NCBI GenBank assembly: GCA_945937855.1
Contig: CAMEUC010000001.1
Span: forward strand, 1 to 59,394
DNA: 59,394 nucleotides
Reading direction: 5' to 3'
Source: an uncultured Clostridium sp.
Lineage (GTDB): Bacteria > Bacillota > Clostridia > TANB77 > CAG-508
In this document: positions 49,089 to 57,087 of the stretch, in pieces
Position numbering within the stretch: position 1 is the stretch's first letter
How the letters are laid out: the number at the start of each line of letters is the position of its first letter
Translations under genes and position numbers: made by a program
The notes under the pieces: model-generated
What the model saw: only the letters and a program-made list of their open reading frames with translations
Databases searched by the model: none
What the model was told of the DNA's origin: nothing

Positions 49089-51343
49089 TATATCTCCTTT
49101 CCACCATTTTTTATAAATTCATCTCTTTCAGTTATAATATCTGTTATTATATCATAACTTCCAGATTTTCCTCCATTAGGATATTTTTCTTTTAAATACC
49201 CTAAGAAATAATTTTCAACTGGAGTTAATAAGGAGCCAGTGAATTTATTTGTATGAGTTGGATTTTTCATATATGCGTTTAATACCCATCTTAAAGATTT
49301 CCAAGTTGTATAATAATGAAGTTTATATTTAAACATAAATCCTTCTATATCTTCTACAACAAAACCTTCAATATATTCTCCGTTATATTTGAAATCATCC
49401 TTTTGTACATCTCCATTTAAAGTTAAAAATTCTTGTATATTATTTACTTCATAACATAATTCTTTTACTTTAATATTATTTCTATCTCCAAAAGCTTTAA
49501 GATGCTCATATTTTACTTTTTTAAAATCAATAGTGTTATAAATCATATCAAGTAAAATAAGGTCTTGACTATCATATTTGATAATATGGGGGTCATTAAT
49601 TGGGTCAATAACTTCAAATACCATAGTAATATCTTCTTTACTAAATCTTTCTTTGATTGCCGCAATTTGATTTTCGTTATATGTTCTATAAAAAATATTT
49701 TTAAAATATTCAACGTGCTCTCCAGAATTAGAAGATTTTGAACAGAAATATAATTCTCCATCTTTTATACTTAATATTCCTAAGAATCCATTATATTTTT
49801 TATAGAATCTTACAGGGAACTTTAAGTTTTGTACTAAATACCCAAATCGAGTTTCTTCTCTTTCCTCTTTATTAAAAAACTTATTATAACTTCTAGCTTG
49901 GATTTTTTCTTTTTCAATATTTATGAATAATCCTCTTGCCTGAGTTGTAATACCATTCCAGATTCCTTTTTCAAAAGCGTTTCTTGTAAAATTAAATGCA
50001 GAAATTCCATCTCCTAACATTTTTTCTTGGATATATTTACAATTTCTTAACTCTTGAATGAACATTCCCATATTATCAATGCGACTATGTATAATTCCAT
50101 CTGGAGCATTATTCCTTTGTTCAACAAGTTCTTTACTAAATACTTCATTTTTTATTTCTACTGGAGAAAAACTTCCATCATTTAATATTCTTAATACTCT
50201 TAATTCTCCGCCAAATTCAATTTTTCCTTCTAAATTATAAGAATATTCTGTATTGATTAATGGATGTAAAAAAGTATTTCTGTGTCCGTGAACTTGATAT
50301 ATTGGATGCTTTCTTGTTTTATTTTCTTCTTGTGCCCAATTATTAAATATATTATCTATATCATCATCATAAGTTCCAACACCTTTAATAAAGTTAATTC
50401 CAGCATAGAAATCCATAGATTGTTTCGGCATATATGAGATTCCTCCGTGAGATATTATAAAGTCATTACCTCTGAATGTGATATACGCTGCAACACCCAA
50501 TTTTCTATAAAACTGACGTAAATCTGAATTTTCTATTCCTGCTTCTGCAAATTGGATAGCAGTCTTATTTAAAAATTCTTTACTCTTTACTGGCATTCCA
50601 TAAGCATAATCTCTAAGTGCATATTCGTGGTTGCCCATTAACATTAATACGTTTGGTCTTTGAATTAAATCATTAACTAATCCAAAAGTATTTACATTCT
50701 CAATTCCTCTATCAAAATAATCTCCAACAAAAATATATCCATCTTTTTCTGAAAAAGGATTTTGTTTAAAATATGTGTCTAAGGCAGTATAACATCCGTG
50801 AATATCTCCGAAAATATGTATATTCTCATAATCATTCCAATCATATGGTTCTATTGTTAATATTTTTTCAAACTCATCTGGTTTAACTACTGTAAATCCT
50901 GAAGTTTTACCTTGTGTTGCAAACCTAGAATATACTTTATCTATTTCTGATTCTGGAACCTGTTTGTATTCTGGTCTTCCAGCATTTCTTTCTTTAGCAA
51001 CTTCAATTGGAATATCTGTAAAGTCTACACAATATAATCTATAACGATATTGGTCAGCTAAAGCTTTATATTTTGAGAACTCTGAACTTTTACTATGTAC
51101 TGCATCAATAATTGTAAATTCTCCATATTTCATACGTTCTTCTAAAAAATAGAATAACATATCCCAAGCCTGTTTATTTTCTGTTTGTGAAATACAATCC
51201 TTTCCATTAATTCCTATTCTAGGAGCAGTAAGATGCAATCTCATTGTATCAGCACAGAGAGTATATTTTTCTAAATCGTGTTCTTTAAGCCAAGTAGATT
51301 TTCCACATCCCATTGAGCCTCTAAGTATCACTAATTTCCTCAT
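49088..51343 (-). CDS. Trifunctional polynucleotide kinase / metallophosphatase / ligase-like protein (bacterial Pnkp-type RNA repair enzyme)
   Basis: P-loop kinase MRKLVILRGSMGCGKST. Calcineurin-type phosphoesterase motifs GDIHGC, GDYFDRG, GNHE and VHGHRN. C-terminal nucleotidyltransferase motifs KKYNGF (KxxG), EGFVVED and FMFKYK. The start is taken at an ATG just after GGAG; the track start at 51373 overlaps an operator. Confidence 0.7.
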   Translation of the reverse strand: MRKLVILRGSMGCGKSTWLKEHDLEKYTLCADTMRLHLTAPRIGINGKDCISQTENKQAWDMLFYFLEERMKYGEFTIIDAVHSKSSEFSKYKALADQYRYRLYCVDFTDIPIEVAKERNAGRPEYKQVPESEIDKVYSRFATQGKTSGFTVVKPDEFEKILTIEPYDWNDYENIHIFGDIHGCYTALDTYFKQNPFSEKDGYIFVGDYFDRGIENVNTFGLVNDLIQRPNVLMLMGNHEYALRDYAYGMPVKSKEFLNKTAIQFAEAGIENSDLRQFYRKLGVAAYITFRGNDFIISHGGISYMPKQSMDFYAGINFIKGVGTYDDDIDNIFNNWAQEENKTRKHPIYQVHGHRNTFLHPLINTEYSYNLEGKIEFGGELRVLRILNDGSFSPVEIKNEVFSKELVEQRNNAPDGIIHSRIDNMGMFIQELRNCKYIQEKMLGDGISAFNFTRNAFEKGIWNGITTQARGLFINIEKEKIQARSYNKFFNKEEREETRFGYLVQNLKFPVRFYKKYNGFLGILSIKDGELYFCSKSSNSGEHVEYFKNIFYRTYNENQIAAIKERFSKEDITMVFEVIDPINDPHIIKYDSQDLILLDMIYNTIDFKKVKYEHLKAFGDRNNIKVKELCYEVNNIQEFLTLNGDVQKDDFKYNGEYIEGFVVEDIEGFMFKYKLHYYTTWKSLRWVLNAYMKNPTHTNKFTGSLLTPVENYFLGYLKEKYPNGGKSGSYDIITDIITERDEFIKNGGKEI

Positions 51344-51356
51344 CATTTCTCCTTTC

Positions 51357-51372
51357 TGACAAATATTTGTCA
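51357..51372 (-). promoter_or_regulatory. Operator palindrome TGACAAATATTTGTCA abutting the RBS of the Pnkp-like gene
   Basis: A perfect 16-bp palindrome with no matching -10 box downstream. Confidence 0.5.
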
Positions 51373-51398
51373 ATAATGGTTTAAAAAATAATAAATAT

Positions 51399-51917
51399 TT
51401 ATTTATGTGAATATTTATTATTAAATAATTGTTTAACTTGATTCATTAAATTATCATCAAGTCTTTCTGAAGGAGAAAGAACAAATCCTTCGTTATATTC
51501 TTTCTTATATTTTTGAATAAGGTGCAATATGTCTTCCACAAAGATATTTATATCTACATTGAAATAAGTTAATGAACTAGCTATTATTTCTTTTTTATGG
51601 AATTCTTCCCAATTTTGAGTTGTTCCGTCATAAGGAATTTCATCTTCAAATAAATCTTCATTTATTTCAATTGAAATTTGTTTGTTCTGATATTTGTAAA
51701 ATCTTATATTAGCTTCAAATCCTTCTTGGTCAATATAAACTTCATATATTCCTGTTAAATCACTTAATAAAAATTTACAAGCCATTAATAAGTCATCAAA
51801 AAATGGTTGAAGATAACTAATTCGCATTTTCCTAATTTCATTAGACCTATAATCATAAACTGACATATTCATCCATCCTGCTTTAATATCAGAAAAATCA
51901 ACTATAATTTTATTCAT
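51399..51917 (-). CDS. Hypothetical protein
   Basis: RBS AGGAGG then AAAT then ATG 51917 (MNKIIVDFSD...). The track start at 51971 lies in the promoter -35 box. Confidence 0.5.
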   Translation of the reverse strand: MNKIIVDFSDIKAGWMNMSVYDYRSNEIRKMRISYLQPFFDDLLMACKFLLSDLTGIYEVYIDQEGFEANIRFYKYQNKQISIEINEDLFEDEIPYDGTTQNWEEFHKKEIIASSLTYFNVDINIFVEDILHLIQKYKKEYNEGFVLSPSERLDDNLMNQVKQLFNNKYSHK

Positions 51918-51942
51918 ATTTCCTCCTTGTTTTTGTGAAAAT

Positions 51943-51971
51943 ATTATATCATTTTTCCAATTATTTGTCAA
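51943..51971 (-). promoter_or_regulatory. Consensus sigma-70-type promoter
   Basis: The minus strand reads TTGACA (51971-51966), 17 nt, then TATAAT (51948-51943). The upstream extension is TTTCTATCTAAC. Confidence 0.7.
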
Positions 51972-51979
51972 GTTAGATA

Positions 51980-52013
51980 GAAAAATAGAGAAGATTAATT
52001 TATTCTTCTCTAT
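51980..52013 (-). terminator. Rho-independent terminator (- strand, possibly bidirectional)
   Basis: ATAGAGAAGA (51985-51994) pairs with TCTTCTCTAT (52004-52013), flanked by A5/T5 runs. It overlaps the last codons of 52000..52551. Confidence 0.7.
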
Positions 52014-52551
52014 TTTTAGCTTTTGTTTCCAATATTTTTGATAAAGAAATAGGTCTATAATTTATCATTTCAATACTCGCACAAAAATGGTTTTCTGGTT
52101 TATATAAAGTTGTATCTAATGGAACATTATGAATATGACCGTGAATATTTAATATATTATTTTCTACTTGTCTTGGGCTATGTGAAAATATTACATCATC
52201 ATATCCACAATCTAACGGGCACCTTCCTAATATTTCTTTAATACTAACTTCTTTCTTTTTATATACTTCATCAAAACCAATATTTTTCCAAGAATCTATT
52301 CCACGTTTTGCATCGTGGTTTCCTCTTATTAAAATTTTATATCCATTTAAACTATGAATTAATGGTTGAAGTTGTTCAACTAATCCAAATCCTACATCTC
52401 CTAAATGAATAACCATATCTTCTGGATTTACTATACTATTCCATTTTTGCACAATGTCTTTATTCATTGTCTCTATGTTCTCATATGGTCTATTACAATA
52501 TTCAATAATATTTTTATGTGAAAAATGTGTATCAGAGATTATATAAATCAT
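52000..52551 (-). CDS. Calcineurin-like metallophosphoesterase
   Basis: MIYIISDTHFSH, HLGDVGFG, IRGNHD and IHGHIH. Confidence 0.75.
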   Translation of the reverse strand: MIYIISDTHFSHKNIIEYCNRPYENIETMNKDIVQKWNSIVNPEDMVIHLGDVGFGLVEQLQPLIHSLNGYKILIRGNHDAKRGIDSWKNIGFDEVYKKKEVSIKEILGRCPLDCGYDDVIFSHSPRQVENNILNIHGHIHNVPLDTTLYKPENHFCASIEMINYRPISLSKILETKAKNREE

Positions 52552-53234
52552 TATTCTTCTCCCATATCATCTTCATCTTGTTTATTCATTATTTTTTCTA
52601 AATCTTCAATTGTTATTTGTTCTCCTTCAAGAGGTTGAAGATTTTGTTCTATAAATTCATCTTCATTAATTATTTCATTATTTTCTAAAACTTCATCTGT
52701 AACCTGTGGTTCTTCTGGTGGTTGTTGTTCGTCTGTGACTTGTGAGTCTTCTATTATTTCTTGTTGAGCTTGTGCAGCTTTTTGTTCTGCATCTCTTTGA
52801 GCTTTAAGAGCCATTAACTGAGTTGGATGATAACATTCCATTCCTAAAGAATGAGCTTTCGCAAGAACAGAACCTTTATCATCAATAATAATAGCGTGTT
52901 CTTGAACATTCCCGTGCATTATGTCTTCAATATAGTATCTAATAACCTCAACTTTATCTTCTTCTGGAGTAATAAATATCCTATTTTCATATGGCACTCC
53001 AAAGTTATTATTTAACCAATCATTTTTTTCTAATGTTGCTTTTGCATTAGGACTAGCAGAACAAATCATTACAATATAATTTGGATTATTATATTTTTCG
53101 ATGATTTCATCAATAACAGAAACTACAGGTTTTTTCCCTACATAATTTCCTTTTTGAAATTCTCCATCATATAATCCACTTGGATATCCATATTCAGCAA
53201 TTACTCCATCCATATCAACAAATACGTACTTCAT
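52551..53234 (-). CDS. HAD-family 5'(3')-deoxyribonucleotidase-like protein with an acidic C-terminal tail
   Basis: MKYVFVDMDGVIAEY (DxDGV) and IIIDDKGS. The C-terminus is E/Q/D-rich. Confidence 0.65.
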   Translation of the reverse strand: MKYVFVDMDGVIAEYGYPSGLYDGEFQKGNYVGKKPVVSVIDEIIEKYNNPNYIVMICSASPNAKATLEKNDWLNNNFGVPYENRIFITPEEDKVEVIRYYIEDIMHGNVQEHAIIIDDKGSVLAKAHSLGMECYHPTQLMALKAQRDAEQKAAQAQQEIIEDSQVTDEQQPPEEPQVTDEVLENNEIINEDEFIEQNLQPLEGEQITIEDLEKIMNKQDEDDMGEE

Positions 53235-53246
53235 AACAATTCACTC

Positions 53247-53906
53247 CTATTTTTTCCAAAATTTTTTATTTTTACTTTTAGCTTCTAATATTGCAGAATT
53301 ATCTGTAACACTGTCCTCTGTTTCAATAGTAGATTTTTGGTTGTCTGCCTCTTTTATTTCAACTGATTCAGTTGATTGTTTTGACATTTCAGAATATTTT
53401 TCAACTACATCATTGCTATCCAATTCTGTATCTTTAACAGCACTTTGTGCTAATTTTTGAGCCAATTCTTCTTGAGCTTTTTCAATTTCAGCTTTCTTTT
53501 CTTCAGCTTTTTCTTTTTGTTCTTCTATATTAATATAGAATATAAGAGCTCCTTTATTTACTGCTGTAAAATAACGAGAAATAGATATTACTGAAATATT
53601 TTCATTAGCTAAAAATTCATTTACTTCTGCATCTAATGAACTATTTAATGGGACAATTATGTCTTTTACATAACAATATGTTACTTCATCTGCTTGAGAA
53701 TAACTTCTTCCTTGTGCCTCATAAGCTGCCTTTATTTCTTCTCTATTTCCATAACTTAAAGTTGCGGTTTTTAGTCCTAATGCGTCACTTATAACTATTT
53801 GAATTCCTGCTGGGTCAATAGCATTTGTTTTTAAAAAATTATTTATTTCATCATCTATCGTATTTATTACATTTGTTTGAAATGTAATTTGTCTTTCTAA
53901 AGCCAT
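53247..53906 (-). CDS. Hypothetical protein (coiled-coil C-terminal half)
   Basis: 219-aa ORF with RBS AGGAGGAAAAAGAAATG. Confidence 0.5.
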   Translation of the reverse strand: MALERQITFQTNVINTIDDEINNFLKTNAIDPAGIQIVISDALGLKTATLSYGNREEIKAAYEAQGRSYSQADEVTYCYVKDIIVPLNSSLDAEVNEFLANENISVISISRYFTAVNKGALIFYINIEEQKEKAEEKKAEIEKAQEELAQKLAQSAVKDTELDSNDVVEKYSEMSKQSTESVEIKEADNQKSTIETEDSVTDNSAILEAKSKNKKFWKK

Positions 53907-54017
53907 TTCTTTTTCCTCCTAATTCTAAAAAATGTTTTATAGTGAATACTATTTAAGTAAGGGCTGTATATTTTAAATAAAATTAATTTATTTTAATAGG
54001 ATTGTAGACTAAATAAA

Positions 54018-54503
54018 TTAATTTTCACTATCTTTATTAGCTTCTGCTGCTACATTTTCTATATCCTTTTTAGTTTGCATTTCATCTTCTGTAGCATACT
54101 GTATAAATTCAACTTCTTGATTTTGTTGATATTTATCTAAATATTGTTCAGTTTTTCTTTCTTCTCCATCTGATAAACATCTATTATTATATTTGTTAAT
54201 ATCAATAGGAATACAATTTAATAATTTATTGAAAAATTGAGTGTATAAAATCCAAAAAATAAAATCTGTTTTATCTTTGGCAAAATTATTTTTCTTATCA
54301 TTGAATAATGATTTATAATATCTTTCTTGACCAATTTTCACTCTCGTCCACTCATCATTCATATAGTGATAAGTATTTACATAACAAGCTACATTTATAG
54401 CATTAAATATGATTTTTCTTACATAAGGAATTGATAATTTGAATATAACAAATACTAATAACATTACAATTAATATTGTAATAATAATTGTTGCTAACAT
54501 CAT
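54018..54503 (-). CDS. Membrane protein (N-terminal transmembrane helix)
   Basis: MMLATIIITILIVMLLVFVIFKL. Confidence 0.5.
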   Translation of the reverse strand: MMLATIIITILIVMLLVFVIFKLSIPYVRKIIFNAINVACYVNTYHYMNDEWTRVKIGQERYYKSLFNDKKNNFAKDKTDFIFWILYTQFFNKLLNCIPIDINKYNNRCLSDGEERKTEQYLDKYQQNQEVEFIQYATEDEMQTKKDIENVAAEANKDSEN

Positions 54504-54823
54504 TATTTCACCTCCTGCTTATTACAATTAACTTCTTGCAAAGCGCTGATTAGTTCATTAATGTCGTTTTTATCTAAAACAAAATCTTCTAAACGATATT
54601 CTTTGCCTCTAATTGCATACCAAATCAATTTTAATCTATGTAAAAATCTAATATGTAAAGGCTCTTTTTGTTTTGTATAAAAATTACTTGCCCAGATTTC
54701 AAAAAATACTTCAGATTCATCATCAAAAGAAGAAATTTTTATTAAATGAGTTCCACAGTTACATTCAATTAGTATTTCTTTTTCTTCTGTATTATGTATA
54801 TTTTGTTTCCCTCTAAATAACAT
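54503..54823 (-). CDS. Hypothetical protein
   Basis: 106-aa ORF. Confidence 0.45.
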   Translation of the reverse strand: MLFRGKQNIHNTEEKEILIECNCGTHLIKISSFDDESEVFFEIWASNFYTKQKEPLHIRFLHRLKLIWYAIRGKEYRLEDFVLDKNDINELISALQEVNCNKQEVK

Positions 54824-54825
54824 AA

Positions 54826-55317
54826 TTAATAATCCTCCTCTATATTATTAAGTTTTTCTTTTAATTTATAAACTTCACTTGATAAATTACTATTATCTTC
54901 TAAACTTTTTTGATATAATTTAAAGACTGGTTTTATAAATTCGTGATAAAAAGTAGTAAATGAAATAGGTCTTAATGGTTCTAATGGTTTAATGGTATAT
55001 CCATTTGTATTCATATAATCATCTAAATCTGTTTTAAAACTTGGATAACATTCACTAGCATATCCTGTAACCTCTCCATTGTATTCTATACGGCGTAAAG
55101 ACATATTACTACTATCACTACTTCTGTCTACAAAAGCATAACAATCTTCATTTGGGTCAAAATAAAACTTAGGAGATAATAATTTATATTCTCTTAATTC
55201 TTCATTTTCTTTTTCTAGTGTTCTTACTTTATCTATTAATTCTTGATGAAATTTAGAAATAATTTCTGATACGTTTTTATCTTCTCTTTGATATTCTTCA
55301 AATTCTTCTTCAGACAT
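54826..55317 (-). CDS. Hypothetical protein
   Basis: RBS GGAGTGA then ATG 55317 (MSEEEFEEYQ...). The start overlaps the upstream stop (ATGTCTGA). Confidence 0.5.
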   Translation of the reverse strand: MSEEEFEEYQREDKNVSEIISKFHQELIDKVRTLEKENEELREYKLLSPKFYFDPNEDCYAFVDRSSDSSNMSLRRIEYNGEVTGYASECYPSFKTDLDDYMNTNGYTIKPLEPLRPISFTTFYHEFIKPVFKLYQKSLEDNSNLSSEVYKLKEKLNNIEEDY

Positions 55318-55597
55318 TTTTATCACTCCAATATAAATTATTTGCACAAACATTTAGCTTGTCATTATCTTTTCTTTTTAAGAATGGAAGATTATCTGGA
55401 TTTGGAATAAATAATTCTCCAATTATTCTATGAACACAAATTTTTTTCCTTATTCCATTTTGATAAAGTTTCACTGTTGGATTTCCATCTTTATCTAATG
55501 AATTTTGAGAAAGAAGTTTTTTAGTTATTTTGTTTCTAACTTGACCATTTTTATTTGCTTCATATTGGTCAAAATTTTTAAGTGTTAACCATTCCAT
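55310..55597 (-). CDS. NUMOD4/HNH-type homing-endonuclease-like protein, short and apparently degenerate
   Basis: MEWLTLKNFDQYEANKNGQVRN...VHRIIGELFIPNPDNLPFLKRKDNDKLNVCANNLYW. The usual HNH histidine context (NHKDG) reads KRKDN here. ATG 55597 lies 6 nt after GGAG. Confidence 0.55.
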   Translation of the reverse strand: MEWLTLKNFDQYEANKNGQVRNKITKKLLSQNSLDKDGNPTVKLYQNGIRKKICVHRIIGELFIPNPDNLPFLKRKDNDKLNVCANNLYWSDKNV

Positions 55598-55835
55598 AAT
55601 ATTCTCCAAAAAATAAAATTTAGGAATGACAGTATATATATCGTTTTATTATTTATCTCTAACCGAGTAGGTTATATTAGTGACTATCATTCCTAGTTAC
55701 ATAAGGTGGGTTTAACATAAAATACAATCCTCCTTATTTTTGAGAAAAAATCGAAAAATTTACTTTCTAAAACCCTTGTGGCTCTAGGAGTTTAAATTTG
55801 ATAAAATTCAGATTTTATTCTCAACTTCTATATAT

Positions 55836-55864
55836 ATTATACCATACTGACAAGTATTTGTCAA
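55836..55864 (-). promoter_or_regulatory. Consensus sigma-70-type promoter overlapping the operator palindrome TGACAAGTATTTGTCA (55848-55863)
   Basis: The minus strand reads TTGACA (55864-55859), 17 nt, then TATAAT (55841-55836). The upstream extension is TTTCTACCTAAC. Confidence 0.75.
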
Positions 55865-55880
55865 GTTAGGTAGAAAATCA

Positions 55881-55912
55881 TAAAAGAAAAGGTAAGATGC
55901 TTACATCTTACC
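55881..55912 (-). terminator. Rho-independent terminator ending the RNA-gene transcription unit
   Basis: On the minus strand, GGTAAGATG-TAAG-CATCTTACC is followed by TTTTCTTTT. Confidence 0.75.
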
Positions 55913-56398
55913 TTAACCACACGTTAACTGTGCTATTTTTATAAGCACATTGAAGTATTAAATTATTTTGACATTTTATGGGTTTATACATAACTGTATA
56001 AGGATGTTGAAATGTATTTACCATTTAAAATTTAATACTTCAATCTACTTATAAAAAATTTATAAAAGGCTGAGAACTTGACCTTCTAAAATGGGTATTG
56101 ATATTGGTTGGACAATATTGTTCACACATCCTATTTCTAAAATGTACCCATCGTACACACGACTTTTGAGAAATGTCGTCAAATCTTACTAGGTAGCTCA
56201 TATCTTTCATTTCATATATGTAACCTCTTGGATTTGAGTTCATAGTATCCCTACTATTATTGACATAACTACTTTTACTGGATTTAATTTCACTTTGCGA
56301 GTTCCATTAATCTTCATATTACAGAAGAATAAGTGTACTTTTGCTATCCCAGTGGCAACCACTTTTGCTAATATATACTTTACCATATTTGCAGTATG
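55913..56398 (-). other. Non-coding 3' segment of the RNA transcription unit, with a long-range 15-bp inverted repeat
   Basis: There is no ORF with a credible RBS. The perfect repeat TTGAAGTATTAAATT (55950-55964) / AATTTAATACTTCAA (56029-56043) encloses the smaller hairpin TATACA-TAAC-TGTATA. Confidence 0.3.
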
Positions 56399-56470
56399 TG
56401 CGAGTTACAGGATTCGAACCTGTGATATAATCTTTATCATAGATTTGCCTTACCTCTTGGCTAAATTCGC
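56399..56470 (-). tRNA. tRNA-Ile (anticodon GAU), CCA not encoded
   Basis: Minus strand: GCGAATT TA GCC AAGAGGTAA GGC A AATCT ATGATAA AGATT ATATC ACAGG TTCGAAT CCTGT AACTCGC A. This is a 72-nt cloverleaf with U8, A14, G18G19, U33, a T-loop TTCGAAT and one A-C mismatch in the acceptor stem. Confidence 0.75.
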
Positions 56471-56960
56471 TATTATCCATTTGACATATGAGGGTTGCCT
56501 TTGGACATCTATCTCTTTTGGAGACAGCCCATCCATCATACATCTACCGTCGGTTCTAACTGAACCTTAGCTCTTATACTCTGCTGGGTCAAACACTTGA
56601 GAAACTCAAGCTAACCATTAATCCATACCCTTTCAGGCTCAGGAAACAGCGCACTTCGTCTATACAGCAATAATCTTTGTTATCGGATTTTTTACCATAT
56701 ATCAATAAATCTATTATTGGCTTTCACCTCACTCAGGTTGGATAGACCCTCGACATATCTTACATATACTCAAAGACTCCTTCGTTGTATGTAAGCAAGA
56801 CGTTTCATTATTGGCTTTCTGTGGATAGTATCCATTCTTAGGAGTGGTAATACTACGCAAGTAAATTTAATTACTCACTTTATACTGTCACCAGTTTATC
56901 CTTAAAGTTCCGAAGCCGAACTTTTTATATATAACATTTTTCAATGTACTTTTTAACTAT
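56471..56960 (-). ncRNA. Candidate large structured non-coding RNA (about 490 nt) immediately 5' of the tRNA
   Basis: Perfect promoters lie upstream (56967-56995 and 57088-57116), and there is no credible ORF. The region is visibly more GC-rich than its flanks. Many local helices occur in the minus-strand sense: AAAGUUCG-GCUU-CGGAACUUU, CCU-GAAA-GGG, CUUGAG-UUU-CUCAAG, GGUUC-AGUUA-GAACC, and CUUACAUA...UAUGUAAG. Confidence 0.5.
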
Positions 56961-56966
56961 GTATCT

Positions 56967-56995
56967 ATTATACCATATTATAAAAGATTTGTCAA
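56967..56995 (-). promoter_or_regulatory. Consensus sigma-70-type promoter (proximal promoter of the RNA locus)
   Basis: The minus strand reads TTGACA (56995-56990), then AATCTTTTATAATATGG (17 nt), then TATAAT (56972-56967). Confidence 0.7.
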
Positions 56996-57087
56996 GTTAT
57001 TTGGAAAATTTTTTAAATTTTTTAGGTAATCTGTGATGAAGTACTATTTCTAGCACTTACATCACCAATGAACAAATCTATATCTAT

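Noticed and set aside
51344-51971. N-terminal extensions of track ORFs 49088..51373 and 51399..51971 (and the start of 36426..37985 at 37985).
   Set aside because: The extended starts fall inside an operator palindrome or a -35 hexamer and lack RBSs. Downstream ATGs have good Shine-Dalgarno spacing.
56290-56335. A second tRNA gene suggested by an acceptor-like AACTCGCA and a CTTC-loop-GAAG arm.
   Set aside because: There is no T-arm or T-loop (GTTCRANNC) and no cloverleaf can be drawn. It is at most a decayed fragment.
56049-56570. Track ORFs 56049..56243(-), 56319..56543(-) and 56295..56570(+) as protein genes, including a faint GIY-YIG-like GYIYEMKD…YLVRF in the first.
   Set aside because: There are no convincing RBSs. 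The last two overlap the tRNA and the structured RNA, and codon choice is atypical for this genome. The GIY-YIG resemblance is limited to a few residues, and the ORF is too short for the domain.
56471-56960. A group I or group II intron, or RNase P RNA, as the identity of the structured region.
   Set aside because: The region is flanked by promoters and a tRNA rather than by exons of a split gene. I could not see the group II domain V or GUGYG features, or the RNase P GAGGAAAGUCC-type conserved regions. This was judged by eye only and should be re-tested with covariance models.
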